Source of the DNA: Promethearchaeota archaeon
GTDB taxonomy: Archaea; Asgardarchaeota; Thorarchaeia; Thorarchaeales; Thorarchaeaceae
DNA: 64,000 bases
NCBI GenBank assembly: GCA_027031765.1
Contig: JALVPN010000110.1
Coordinates: 33,973 to 97,972 of the forward strand
Reading direction: 5' to 3'
Under the pieces are notes generated by a model, which had not been told where the DNA came from, ran no database searches, and saw only the letters and a list, made by a program, of their open reading frames with translations. Positions 18,808 to 28,376 of the stretch are shown one piece after another; the first letter of the stretch is position 1, and every line of letters begins with the position of its first letter. The position numbers and the translations under genes are program-made.

Positions 18808-19542
18808 ATGCTCCATATTGTCCTCCTAGAAAGTGCGTTGGAACTAGTCCCCACCGACATAGTTGGGACAAGGCAGGTCCGGGCATCGGCCCGTCGTCGT
18901 GGACGCAGACCAGACCAGATGCTGCTCGACCAGAGCTATCATGGTCAGGCAATGCTCCGCCTCCGTGACCACGAGCGACGGGGGCGTCCCGATATTGTGT
19001 TCCTGAGCCTCCTGTCCCTCCTAGAGACCCCGCTGTGTCGCGCTGGCCTCCTGTCAGTGCACCTGCACCTCCGCGATGGGCGGGTGGTGGACGTAGACCC
19101 GACTGTCAGACTGCCCCGGAACTATGAGCGGTTCACCGGTCTGCTGGAACAGCTCCTACTCAATGGCCGCGTCCCACCGACCGGTACGTCCCTGCTGCAG
19201 GTCACGCAGAAGACCCTGACCGAAACACTCGACGCACTTGACCCGGACGGCCAACATGCACTCCGCATCCTTGCTGACGAGGACGGTCAGCCAATGTCAA
19301 TGCACAGCCTCTGCAATTTCCTACCTGATGACCCCTCCCGTCCCGTCATTGTAGGCATCGGTGCGTTCCCGCACGGCGACCTCAGTGCCCGGATACGTCC
19401 ATTGTTCCAGCACCATGTGTGTTTGGACAACGAGGTCATGATGGCGTGGCATGTCTGTTCAGAGGTACTCTGGGCATACTCCCTGCGGGTCGGCCTTGGG
19501 GACTCGTACAGGCCCCTGTCATCTGACAAACAACAGCCTTAA
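18808..19542 (+). CDS. nep1: ribosomal RNA small subunit methyltransferase Nep1 (Emg1)
   Basis: MLHIVLLESALELVP...RRRGRRPDQMLLDQSYHGQAM...RGRPDIVFL matches the Nep1 SPOUT family. Confidence 0.8.
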   Translation: MLHIVLLESALELVPTDIVGTRQVRASARRRGRRPDQMLLDQSYHGQAMLRLRDHERRGRPDIVFLSLLSLLETPLCRAGLLSVHLHLRDGRVVDVDPTVRLPRNYERFTGLLEQLLLNGRVPPTGTSLLQVTQKTLTETLDALDPDGQHALRILADEDGQPMSMHSLCNFLPDDPSRPVIVGIGAFPHGDLSARIRPLFQHHVCLDNEVMMAWHVCSEVLWAYSLRVGLGDSYRPLSSDKQQP

Positions 19543-19602
19543 ATCTCTACCATCCACACCGCACCAGTGTGGCCATCCCGGACGGGTGGCCGCGCCGACT
19601 GC

Positions 19603-19678
19603 GTGCGCCTGTAGTCTAGGGGTTATGATTCGACCCTTCCAAGGTCGCGACCCGGGTTCGATTCCCGGCAGGCGCACC
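19603..19678 (+). tRNA. tRNA-Gly (anticodon TCC)
   Basis: Acceptor GCGCCTG/CAGGCGC, anticodon arm CGACC-CTTCCAA-GGTCG, T-arm CCGGG-TTCGATT-CCCGG, discriminator A and encoded CCA. Confidence 0.8.
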
Positions 19679-19833
19679 ACTCATCTTACCTACGACCTGC
19701 CGGGGGTGGAAGGGGCTCAGTGTTTCTGCCCGTGAACACAAGTCTTTTGTTGCCATAACCGTGGCCACATTGACTGAGGCGGGGCCATCCCACTCACAAC
19801 ATAGTCTACTGAGCGGAACACAGGGGTCAGGAC

Positions 19834-21855
19834 ATGCAGTCCCTCATCCACAACGGCATCATTGTTGTCGGCCTCCCCGAGGCCAGAGGCCTCACCATCC
19901 GTGTACGGGGTCGCCCTATCAAGATGGACCAGTTGCAGGAAGCAATGGCTGTTGCGTGGGTCAAGAAACTCGGCACACCCTATGTAGAAGACCCTGTCTT
20001 TGTATCAAACTTCATGCAGGACTTCAGCAAGGCCCTTGGTTTCAACCCGCCTCTCAGTATAGACGAGGTCGACTTCTCTGAGGTGATTGCTGTAGTCGAG
20101 GCCGAGCGGGCCCGGAAAGCAGCAATGACAGAGGAGGAGAGACGTGCAGAACGTGAGGCCCGGCGTGCTGAACGAGAACGCCTGAAGGAGAAGTACGGAT
20201 ATGCCATAGTCGACGGCGTGCGTATGGAACTGGCCAACTATCAGACGGAGCCTCCAGGCATATTCATGGGTCGTGGTGAACACCCCCTCCGTGGTCGCTG
20301 GAAGCCCGGGGTCACGCACAAAGACATCACTCTGAACCTCTCCCCGGACTCGCCGCGTCCACCGGGTGAATGGGGTGAGATTGTGTGGGCCCCTGACTGC
20401 CTGTGGATTGCAAAATGGACAGACGCTCTCACAGGGAAACTCAAGTATGTCTGGCTACACGACAGCACCCCTCCCAAACAGGCCCGTGAGGCAGCCAAGT
20501 TCGACAAGGCCCTCAGGATGGAACCGAAGCTGCCAGAGATCCGCCAGCATATCATGGACGGCCTCCGCAGTGAGAAGCCTCGGATACGTGAGGTCGCTGC
20601 AGCCTGCTACCTGATTGACAGGCTCAGTCTGCGTGTGGGCGACGAGAAGGACCCGGACGAAGCGGACACGGTCGGTGCCACCACACTTAGGGTCGAACAC
20701 CTCACGCTGAAGAAGAACAACACTGTGGTCTTCGACTTCCTCGGAAAGGACAGTGTCCCTTGGCATAAGGAACTGCAGATGCCACCGGATGTCTTTGCGG
20801 TCTTCAAAGAGTTGTACGACCGGGCTGCAGCCCGGCTCGAGTCTTTCCTCAGGCGGGAGGCCGAGACGACCAGTGCAGACCCAAAGAAGGTCGCCCAGAT
20901 ATTCCCGAGCATAGGCAGTTCCAGTGTGAACCGGTTCCTCAGTCAGGTCGACCCCGACCTCACGGCGAAGGTCTTCCGCACACTCCACGCATCTGTTACT
21001 ATGCGGGACGAGCTGGCGCACAGCAACGCCAGACAGGACGACCCTGACTTCATCAAGAAGGCCGCCTTCAGGCGTGCTAACCTTGAGGTCGCCCGCCTCA
21101 TGAACCATACAAAGCAGGCCCCTAAGAACTGGGAGCGTACTGTCGAAAGGTACCGGGAACGGCTGAGAAAGGCCGATGAACGTGTGGAACGGGCAAAGGC
21201 CAAGGTCACCGAAGCCGAAGAGCGTCTAGAAACGACCAAGGCCAAGATCAAGCTGGCACGTGAGAAACGACATGCCCGGCTCGAAACACTACGTGCTAAG
21301 GTCGAGGAACTGCGTGCTGCGCTGGCAACAGCAGAGGATGCAGTGAAAGCAGCACAGCAGGCCCTCAAGGAGGCACAGGCTGAAGCAATGGCCGCCAGTC
21401 CCCACAGTGATGGAGTCCACCAGATGGGGGGCAAGAAGAGGTCGTCGCGTAGGTCAAGTCGTGACCCACTGTCCCGTTTCAAGAAAGAAGTGGACCGGGC
21501 GAACACCCGGGTCAGACGTCTGAAGGGTCAGCTCAGGCGTGCTCGCAAGAGACTGAAGGATGCCAGAGGCCGTGAGATAACATCGAAGGAGCGAGAGGCG
21601 GAGCGCCTATCAAGAGCCCGGAAGGCTGTAGATACGGCAAAGAAACGTCTGAAGAATGCAAAGCTTGCAAGGCGTAAGGTGAAGGTCGACTTTGAACTGG
21701 CCAAGGCCTGTCGTACCTGGAACCTTGGCACATCCCTCAAGTCGTACATCCACCCCCGGATTGTATACCGTTGGTGCCAGGAGGTGGACTACGACTGGCG
21801 CAAGGTATACCCGAAGACATTGCAGCGGAAGTTCGAGGGCTGGATTGCCGGCTAG
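19834..21855 (+). CDS. top1: DNA topoisomerase IB (eukaryotic type) with coiled-coil linker
   Basis: Core matches eukaryotic Topo I (FMGRGEHPLRGRWKPGV, PPGEWGEIVWAPDCLWIAKW, KYVWL); C-terminal active-site region LGTSLKSYIHPRIVYRWC carries the catalytic Tyr; a ~110-aa KE/RA-rich coiled-coil linker precedes it. Confidence 0.85.
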   Translation: MQSLIHNGIIVVGLPEARGLTIRVRGRPIKMDQLQEAMAVAWVKKLGTPYVEDPVFVSNFMQDFSKALGFNPPLSIDEVDFSEVIAVVEAERARKAAMTEEERRAEREARRAERERLKEKYGYAIVDGVRMELANYQTEPPGIFMGRGEHPLRGRWKPGVTHKDITLNLSPDSPRPPGEWGEIVWAPDCLWIAKWTDALTGKLKYVWLHDSTPPKQAREAAKFDKALRMEPKLPEIRQHIMDGLRSEKPRIREVAAACYLIDRLSLRVGDEKDPDEADTVGATTLRVEHLTLKKNNTVVFDFLGKDSVPWHKELQMPPDVFAVFKELYDRAAARLESFLRREAETTSADPKKVAQIFPSIGSSSVNRFLSQVDPDLTAKVFRTLHASVTMRDELAHSNARQDDPDFIKKAAFRRANLEVARLMNHTKQAPKNWERTVERYRERLRKADERVERAKAKVTEAEERLETTKAKIKLAREKRHARLETLRAKVEELRAALATAEDAVKAAQQALKEAQAEAMAASPHSDGVHQMGGKKRSSRRSSRDPLSRFKKEVDRANTRVRRLKGQLRRARKRLKDARGREITSKEREAERLSRARKAVDTAKKRLKNAKLARRKVKVDFELAKACRTWNLGTSLKSYIHPRIVYRWCQEVDYDWRKVYPKTLQRKFEGWIAG

Positions 21856-21861
21856 TCGTCA

Positions 21862-22296
21862 CTACTGATGTCCTAGGATCTCTCTCCGGATGCGTGCCTC
21901 GATCAGGTCTCTGGTCTCGATGAACTTCAAGAGCACTTCCTCGTATGACCCTTGGAACGCAGCTGGGTCTGGCATTGGCCAGTGCAGGACCTCTCGTGCT
22001 CTTGGGGGGAGGACGCACTCCTCCTTCATGGGGTCACACAGGGTCGCAACAAGGTCGAAGGGCTGGTCGAGGAACTCGGTGATGTGTTTCGGGTGCAGTG
22101 AGAGGTCGTCAATCCCCCTCTCCCTGAGTGCCTCCAGTGCAAAAGGGTTGACCTCCTTGGCTGGCTGTGTCCCAGCACTGAAGACCTCATGTTGTCCTCC
22201 TGACAACGCGCGCAACAGGGCCTCCGCCATCTGACTGCGGGCCGAGTTCCCAGTACACAGGAAGAGCACTCTCAAGAGCAGCACATCCTCAACCAC
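21862..22296 (-). CDS. arsC: arsenate reductase / low-molecular-weight protein-tyrosine phosphatase family
   Basis: LFLCTGNSARSQMAE is the CX5R(S) P-loop of the LMW-PTP/ArsC family. Confidence 0.7.
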   Translation of the reverse strand: MVEDVLLLRVLFLCTGNSARSQMAEALLRALSGGQHEVFSAGTQPAKEVNPFALEALRERGIDDLSLHPKHITEFLDQPFDLVATLCDPMKEECVLPPRAREVLHWPMPDPAAFQGSYEEVLLKFIETRDLIEARIRREILGHQ

Positions 22297-22348
22297 AATG
22301 GACAGGAGGTTGTGTAAGGAGAGCTAGTACGCGAGCCAGTAAGAATGG

Positions 22349-22422
22349 TGGTGCGCCCGCCGGGATTCGAACCCGGGCCGGCTGCGTGGCAGGCAGCCAT
22401 CATACCCCTAGACAACGGGCGC
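22349..22422 (-). tRNA. tRNA-Gly (anticodon GCC)
   Basis: Reverse complement: acceptor GCGCCCG/CGGGCGC, anticodon arm GCTGC-CTGCCAC-GCAGC, T-arm CCGGG-TTCGAAT-CCCGG, then ACCA. Confidence 0.8.
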
Positions 22423-22543
22423 CATTGCAGTACTGCCACCTTGACAGTGTTAAAAAGCTTACCGCACCACACATCCTGCCCGCAACTCCTGCGCTATGAT
22501 ATCAGCAAGCAATAAAAGTCGGTCGGAGGAGGGGCTACACACC

Positions 22544-23689
22544 ATGCAGGTCCGACCAGATTTGATTGGCCGTCCGTCAGAGGCAACGGACAGCGACAGG
22601 CAACAGACCCCCGTCCGATGCGAGTGGCTTGCTATAGCCAAGGGCATCGGTCTCTTCATAGTAATCTACCTGCATGCTACTTGGGAGGCCATCGCACCAT
22701 GGAATGCCTTCTTCTCGGGGTTTGCAATGCCCCTGTTCTTTGTGATTGCCGGCCTCACATATGACAACGAGAAGTACCGACACAATATGCGGGTCTTTGC
22801 GGTCACGCGTGCCCGCCGGTATCTGATACCCTATGTCATCCTGTTCACTATGTGGATTGGCCTTGTGACCGTTGCACCCGGTTCGGGGACTGACCAGAAT
22901 GCGACCCAGCTCCTGTTCTGGTTTGCCTATGGTAACGGGCCCCCGAGCGGCTCACCCCATCTCTGGTTCCTCCCGACCCTGTACTTTGGTCTTATCCTCT
23001 TCATGCTTGTCGACCGCGTGACGAAAGACCTCCCGGCTGCGACAAAATGGGTCTTTGCTGTGGTCTTCCCCCTCATCACGGTGGCACTCCACTCCCTGTT
23101 CTCCACCCTGTGGCCCTATCTCGTCCCATGGCGGATAGGCGCTATGTTTGTCGCTGCGACCTTCATCTTGGTGGGCAACGAAATCCGCCGGTACCTCCGC
23201 CTCAGGGCGTGGACCGTGGGCTCACTGGGCCTTGACCTCCTGTCCGTGCTCGGCGCAGCACTGGCCCTTTTCATGGTCTGCCAGATCAATGGGTTCACAG
23301 ACATAGCAATGGACAACATCGGCAACGTGTGGCTCTACCTGACCACGGGCCTCCTAGGGACGTACATCGTGTTCGTCATCTCCGCGCTCGTCGTACAGTA
23401 TGGTGGGCGGGTCAGGGAGTTCATGACCCGTGTTGGCACGTTCTCGCAGGAACTCTATGAGATACACCCAATGTTCCTGTACACCGTGCCTCTCCTCCTC
23501 GGGCTCGTCGGCGTAGTGGTCACGAACCCTATTGCAGCAGCCAGCTCACTCTGGCCCCTCAACTACCTCGTGATGTGCGCCTTCTCAATCCCGCTGGTGT
23601 TCTATGTAGTCCCCCGGCACGGCATCCTGAGGCTCGTATTCCGTGGCTCCACCAGAGCGGACCGCACTCCTACCCCTGCACCATCATAG
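22544..23689 (+). CDS. acyltransferase family 3 membrane protein
   Basis: About 10 TM helices; N-terminal WLAIAKGIGLFIVIYLHA and overall topology resemble membrane O-acyltransferases (OafA/OpgC-like); start set at M17 of the ORF. Confidence 0.55.
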   Translation: MQVRPDLIGRPSEATDSDRQQTPVRCEWLAIAKGIGLFIVIYLHATWEAIAPWNAFFSGFAMPLFFVIAGLTYDNEKYRHNMRVFAVTRARRYLIPYVILFTMWIGLVTVAPGSGTDQNATQLLFWFAYGNGPPSGSPHLWFLPTLYFGLILFMLVDRVTKDLPAATKWVFAVVFPLITVALHSLFSTLWPYLVPWRIGAMFVAATFILVGNEIRRYLRLRAWTVGSLGLDLLSVLGAALALFMVCQINGFTDIAMDNIGNVWLYLTTGLLGTYIVFVISALVVQYGGRVREFMTRVGTFSQELYEIHPMFLYTVPLLLGLVGVVVTNPIAAASSLWPLNYLVMCAFSIPLVFYVVPRHGILRLVFRGSTRADRTPTPAPS

Positions 23690-24598
23690 TACCCCAGCCG
23701 CACGCCTTATCATGAGCGCCCAGAACGTGGACTCAAGTTCCAGTGCTCCGGGGCTGCGCTCACCCGTGTCTAGGGCCATGAAGTCACCACATATCCAGTA
23801 GCCCTGTGCCCGCTCTTCCAGCCACTCACTTGGGAACATGTACGTCCCCTGTTCGGTGCGGTACTCCTCCATTGTGTCAAGGAGGCCAATGAATGCGGGG
23901 CTCTCCCTGAAACTGGTGGAACTGGCCAGTATCTCCACCAACTGTAGTCCCCTCGGCTTGCCGTCTAGCAGCGCGCCGAGGGCACAGGGCGCCATTGTCG
24001 ACACCCCCGCCTCCTCCGTACCGCCTGACAGCCCATCACAGATGCGTCCGACCAGTTGCTCGACGCCATCGCGCAGCTGAGGGCTCCCCATGATCTTCTC
24101 TGACCGCAGGAATGCAAGTATGTCGTAGAGCGTCAGGTGTGCGCCCCCCTGCGACAGCGCCACTTGCAGTTGCCGCTGCAGTATCTCGTCAACGCGCCAG
24201 ATGTCTTGGTATCGGGCTATGCTCAGCATGTCCGCCACCAACACGGCTGTCGATGAGGTGGTCCTCCCGTCCCCTTCAGTCAGCCACACCCTGAACGGCA
24301 GCGTCAAGGTGTCAAATGGCTGGAGACCACCCCTCATCCCGAGCTGTGCAAGCTTGCCCATCACATTCACAAACGCTGTGGGCTCATCGGAGGTGATGGC
24401 CTCCGCCCCGAATGCTGGCGTGACCCGTGAGAGCCACCTGCCTACCTCCTCGCTCCTCAAGAAGTTCCTGAGCACTGTCGTGACCACTCCGAGGTCCTGC
24501 TCGTGATAGAAGTCGACAGTCATGCGGAAGCGGATTACCGGCCCCCCATTGTCTAGCAGCCACCTTGCGAGATCCCAGGGGTCTGTGATTCTGGCCAA
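23684..24598 (-). CDS. hypothetical protein
   Basis: 304-aa soluble ORF with protein-like composition; no recognisable motifs. Confidence 0.4.
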   Translation of the reverse strand: MARITDPWDLARWLLDNGGPVIRFRMTVDFYHEQDLGVVTTVLRNFLRSEEVGRWLSRVTPAFGAEAITSDEPTAFVNVMGKLAQLGMRGGLQPFDTLTLPFRVWLTEGDGRTTSSTAVLVADMLSIARYQDIWRVDEILQRQLQVALSQGGAHLTLYDILAFLRSEKIMGSPQLRDGVEQLVGRICDGLSGGTEEAGVSTMAPCALGALLDGKPRGLQLVEILASSTSFRESPAFIGLLDTMEEYRTEQGTYMFPSEWLEERAQGYWICGDFMALDTGERSPGALELESTFWALMIRRAAGVL

Positions 24599-24653
24599 TG
24601 TTGTTCACCAACTGTCACACACGGCAGCAGTTAAGAGCGCTTCGTATACCGCC

Positions 24654-25361
24654 ATGATTGACATGAACGCCACTGAGGACCAGCTCGGGACAATACGCAG
24701 GCGCGTCCTCCGCGAGATATACGAGCGACGGATGCTCCTGACCTCCGTACGTGACAGGCCCGAGGGCTGGACACTGGTGTCCGGTGTGTGGAGCCCGTTC
24801 TATTTCCAGCTCCGCCTCCTGAGCTCGTTCCCCGAGACCCTAAGACTGGTCGCCAAGGGCTTGGCGATGGTACTCCGCAATGCGGCACCACATGTAGACC
24901 GTCTTGTCGGCCTCGCCCATGCAGGTGTGCCCATTGCAACCGCGCTGTCCTTGGAGACCGGCATCCCGGCCTGCCATACACGGAAGCTGGCGGGTGTCCG
25001 TACTACTGAAGACCTCCGGGAGGCAATTGCAGCATACGGTGACCATGCCCTAGTAGAGGGCGCAATTGAGAGCGGCGAGTCGTTGTGCATTGTTGATGAC
25101 CTGGTCACGGGCCTTGAGAGCAAGCTTGTGGCCCGCCAGATGGTCACGAGCGAGGCCGAACGTCGGGGCCTGCGTGATGTGCGATGTGATGACATACTCG
25201 TTGTCCTTGACCGTCAACAGGGTGCGGACAACCGTGCAAGAGAGGCCGGCCTGCGCCTCCATGCCCTTGTCCGCTTGGTCGACGAGGGCCTGCCAATCCT
25301 CGAAGATGTGATGATGCCCGAGGAGTTTGCGGTAATCCGTGACTACCTCCTCGGTCCTTGA
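24654..25361 (+). CDS. phosphoribosyltransferase, orotate PRTase-like
   Basis: GVWSPFYFQLRLL (OPRTase-type loop) and PRPP-binding motif LCIVDDLVTGLES; start trimmed to an internal ATG. Confidence 0.6.
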   Translation: MIDMNATEDQLGTIRRRVLREIYERRMLLTSVRDRPEGWTLVSGVWSPFYFQLRLLSSFPETLRLVAKGLAMVLRNAAPHVDRLVGLAHAGVPIATALSLETGIPACHTRKLAGVRTTEDLREAIAAYGDHALVEGAIESGESLCIVDDLVTGLESKLVARQMVTSEAERRGLRDVRCDDILVVLDRQQGADNRAREAGLRLHALVRLVDEGLPILEDVMMPEEFAVIRDYLLGP

Positions 25362-25412
25362 ACGTCGCCCGGCCCGAAACCCCTTTCTGTCAGCACTCAC
25401 TATCCCATATAC

Positions 25413-25868
25413 ATGAACGCACGCGACGACCCAGTCAGAAAAATGCTCCGGGTTGCCCTGGGCACAATCCAACAACACCACTCCTTCTATCTCCGCGCTG
25501 CCAATGCTGCTATGACCCCACAGGTGAAAGCACTCCTCCTCGTCCTTGCAGAGTCCGAGGAGGAACTGACAGAGAAGATTAACGACATGCTGCTGAAAGG
25601 GATTGTCGAGGAGCTCAGCTCTGTCGTCCAGGTGGGCGGGGTGCAGGCCACCCCTGACAGTACACCCTTCGCACCAGAGCGACACGACACCGACCCGCGC
25701 ATTTTCGTCTGCAACAAGGCACTTGAGCAGGAGGTCAGAGCATACTCGTTCTTCCTCTCTATTGCAGCACATGCCAAGTCGGAAGTGGTCAGCCACCTGT
25801 TCGAATACTTCGCCCAAGTGAAGGCAGAACAGATACGGCGCATCCGCCGCGTCTGCGAGTCCTTCTGA
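25413..25868 (+). CDS. ferritin/rubrerythrin-like helical protein
   Basis: Four-helix-bundle-like sequence with paired E...E/H motifs (LAESEEEL, ALEQEV...HAKSE); assignment is tentative. Confidence 0.45.
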   Translation: MNARDDPVRKMLRVALGTIQQHHSFYLRAANAAMTPQVKALLLVLAESEEELTEKINDMLLKGIVEELSSVVQVGGVQATPDSTPFAPERHDTDPRIFVCNKALEQEVRAYSFFLSIAAHAKSEVVSHLFEYFAQVKAEQIRRIRRVCESF

Positions 25869-25940
25869 CCACCTATCTTGAACACGTGTTCTAACTTGCC
25901 GCAGCAGGGAGCCGCCACTGCACGCAATACAAGCAATAAC

Positions 25941-25948
25941 TTTATATA
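25941..25948 (+). promoter_or_regulatory. TATA-box-like element (TTTATATA) in AT-rich intergenic region
   Basis: AT-rich island in an otherwise GC-rich sequence, ~100 bp upstream of the 26052 ORF. Confidence 0.2.
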
Positions 25949-26051
25949 TTTTTGATGATTTAAGATATGTGTGTGCCGGGAGGCGCGCGTGCCCTGGTGA
26001 CTCCCCACTGGCTCCATTGGAAACCATGGGGTGGGTGGGTGACACATCACC

Positions 26052-26465
26052 ATGGACTGCAACAGGAGACTCAACATGATGATAGAGGCCCTAGGTAGAG
26101 AGCAACCAGTGTTGATACCCCCAGTGGTGCTTGATGACTACGACGAATTCTGTCGGTTTGCGAGGGACGCGGCGCTTGTGACGTACCGTGTTGAGCACTT
26201 CAACGGCCCCTTCACAGACCACATGGGACGGGTTCGTCGTGTGGTGTTCTGTGCGGTTGGAGCCATGGTCAATGGTGTACCAATGACCTTCAAGTACGTC
26301 TTCGAGCCGTCGTACGACGCATCTGCAGACTGGGATGCTGTCGTGTGTGCTGTGGACCGGGCGGTACGGACAGCCATCGCCGACCTCGGAGCACAGACGG
26401 ACATGGTAAGGGGCACAGTCGAGTCGGGGGTTCCACTTGGTGCCGTGCTGAGTGCGCGGATATAG
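26052..26465 (+). CDS. hypothetical protein
   Basis: 137-aa ORF; overlaps the next ORF by 14 nt, which suggests translational coupling. Confidence 0.35.
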   Translation: MDCNRRLNMMIEALGREQPVLIPPVVLDDYDEFCRFARDAALVTYRVEHFNGPFTDHMGRVRRVVFCAVGAMVNGVPMTFKYVFEPSYDASADWDAVVCAVDRAVRTAIADLGAQTDMVRGTVESGVPLGAVLSARI

Positions 26466-27093
26466 TCTGTGTGCTCCCATGTTCGGGCAGTTTTGTTATG
26501 GTCCGACTCGCCTGTGTGCCCACGACCAACAGCATTATCTGTGTATGCAACATGTGTCCGAGTGGATTGCATTGATCCGTCCGGAACCGATTGAGTCCAT
26601 CATCCCTCGTATTGTCCGGCAGTACGAAGAGGAGCCCCGGGGCTGGCACGTACTCAGCACGCCGTCCGGTGACTGGCTTGTGCTGGGCCCACATGAGGCA
26701 TATCAGCTGCGACTAGTCCCGCTTGACCCCATGCGATATGTGGGTTCTGGGACTGCCATTGATGACGTTGACCGCGTCCTTGAGGCGACCCGGAGTGCAC
26801 CCGAGTTTGGCCTGCGCCCCCTCAATGACAGTGACCTCCGCCGTCTGATGGCTGCCGCTGAAGGTGCCGTCGCCCTGTCCTCATCTGTCGAGTCTGTTCT
26901 TGGTCGGGCCCCCAGAAGGCCCACCGCGGTCTTTTCGTCCGATGTCCGCCACGTCCTGTCGGGCCCCGTATTGGTGCGTCCCGACCTGCGTTCCATGAGC
27001 CCGGCTTTCTCCGAGGTACAGGAGCAGCTTGACAGGGCCGCTGTGGACATGTTCAGGACAAGGTTTCCGGAACGTGCTCGCATGTTCTTCTAA
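26452..27093 (+). CDS. hypothetical protein
   Basis: 213-aa ORF downstream of and overlapping the previous one; no motifs recognised. Confidence 0.35.
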   Translation: MRGYSLCAPMFGQFCYGPTRLCAHDQQHYLCMQHVSEWIALIRPEPIESIIPRIVRQYEEEPRGWHVLSTPSGDWLVLGPHEAYQLRLVPLDPMRYVGSGTAIDDVDRVLEATRSAPEFGLRPLNDSDLRRLMAAAEGAVALSSSVESVLGRAPRRPTAVFSSDVRHVLSGPVLVRPDLRSMSPAFSEVQEQLDRAAVDMFRTRFPERARMFF

Positions 27094-27475
27094 CCCACTC
27101 GCATGTCGTGTCATATATTACTATCCCGATTCCTGCGACCCCTGTCATGCTCCGGCACGCACACACTGTCCCAGAGTTTGAAGAAGAAGTGGTGGGCCGC
27201 GCCGGATTTGTCGGCCAAGCCCCCGTACTGGGATCCTGTGAACCGGCGACCACCGCACTGTCAATGCGGTATCATAGCCGGGCTAGACCAGCGGCCCGTC
27301 GTAGTCCCCTCCTCCTGCGGGTGATTAAAAAGGTTGCGTCTTGGGGTCGGGTCAACTGACTTATGGTGATATGAAGGCAAGAACTGTTGGCCCTCCGATG
27401 TAACCGGGCCAGTGAAATACTTGTCCAAGCTGAACAATGATGACCCATAGAAATACAGGGTGAGGGGTCGGGGGC

Positions 27476-28122
27476 ATGGGACACTTCACACCTGGAGATA
27501 GAGCGTTCTGGTTGTTCGTCGTAGTTGCCTTTGCATGGTCGTGGCTGTTCTGGACACCTCAGTTTCTATGGGACTTCTCTCCGTATGTCGCTCCGTTCGG
27601 CCCTTCTGTGGCTACTCTCCTTCTCACATACAAGAAGGGCCGGATGGGACGAAGAATCTACTGCGAAGAGGTGCGGACTTTCGTTTCATTAAAGTCTGGC
27701 GTGTGCCAGTCCTTCTATTGATACCCATTGTGGGGTTCTCTCTCCTAGTGGCTGTTCCCAGTTGGAATCCGGCACCTGACATTGTAGTCCCGCCACAGTC
27801 ATGGGTCTTCATACCGGTATTCCTCTACATCCTCTTTCTCAGTGTGCCTGTAGCGGAGGAGTTTGGTTGGAGAGGATATGCCCTCGACAGGTTGCAGACA
27901 AGGTACAGTGCTCTTGTATACGGGTAGGAGCATACTATCTGTCCTCCTCCATACCAACCGGTAACCCAATACTTCATCTTCCCAATCGGCGGGACTGGCC
28001 TGAGCGGGCAATACTCGCTCATATTGAATGCAGTCGTTGTGCTGATTGTACTCACGATATGGGGGCCTAGAAGACTGCTCCGCACACAGAATGCCGAATC
28101 GGTTTCGTCTGACAGCGGATAG
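27476..28122 (+). pseudogene. CPBP (CAAX protease/Abi) family intramembrane metalloprotease, disrupted
   Basis: EExxxR motif (VAEEFGWRGYALDRL) in frame 1; the N-terminal TM part is in another frame (27476..27721); an in-frame TAG at 27925 is followed by further TM-like sequence. Confidence 0.4.
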
Positions 28123-28376
28123 GTGCAGGACTAGAAGCCCTCCCAAACCGTTTCGGTAACCCCCCCGGAGGAGTTATCACCAACAGTAGCGGGCGAGCAG
28201 GACTGGTGCTGGCGGTCCTCCTCTGTGCCCACAACAGCGTGTCCACTGCCTGTCGCGGCACACCATGCCCAAGTATCACTCTTTGGGGCTGACGAGTGGC
28301 AGACCGAGCTCTCATGGCCCTGACTTGTGGTGTACATCACCACCGGACAGGTGTTGGTAGGGCCAGCTGCTACGGG

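Noticed and set aside
20943-21506. 187-aa minus-strand ORF inside the topoisomerase IB gene
   Set aside because: It is antisense to the coiled-coil linker and is a repetitive Ser/Ala/Arg reading.
19603-22422. Topo IB/ArsC segment as an integrated element using tRNA-Gly as att site
   Set aside because: The two flanking tRNAs are different isoacceptors (TCC and GCC), both complete. There is no partial tRNA duplicate, no integrase, and no compositional shift.
25050-26045. 331-aa minus-strand ORF
   Set aside because: It overlaps the PRTase gene and the ferritin-like gene on the opposite strand over most of its length, and its translation is low-complexity and Cys/His-rich without motifs. It is an antisense shadow ORF of a GC-rich region.
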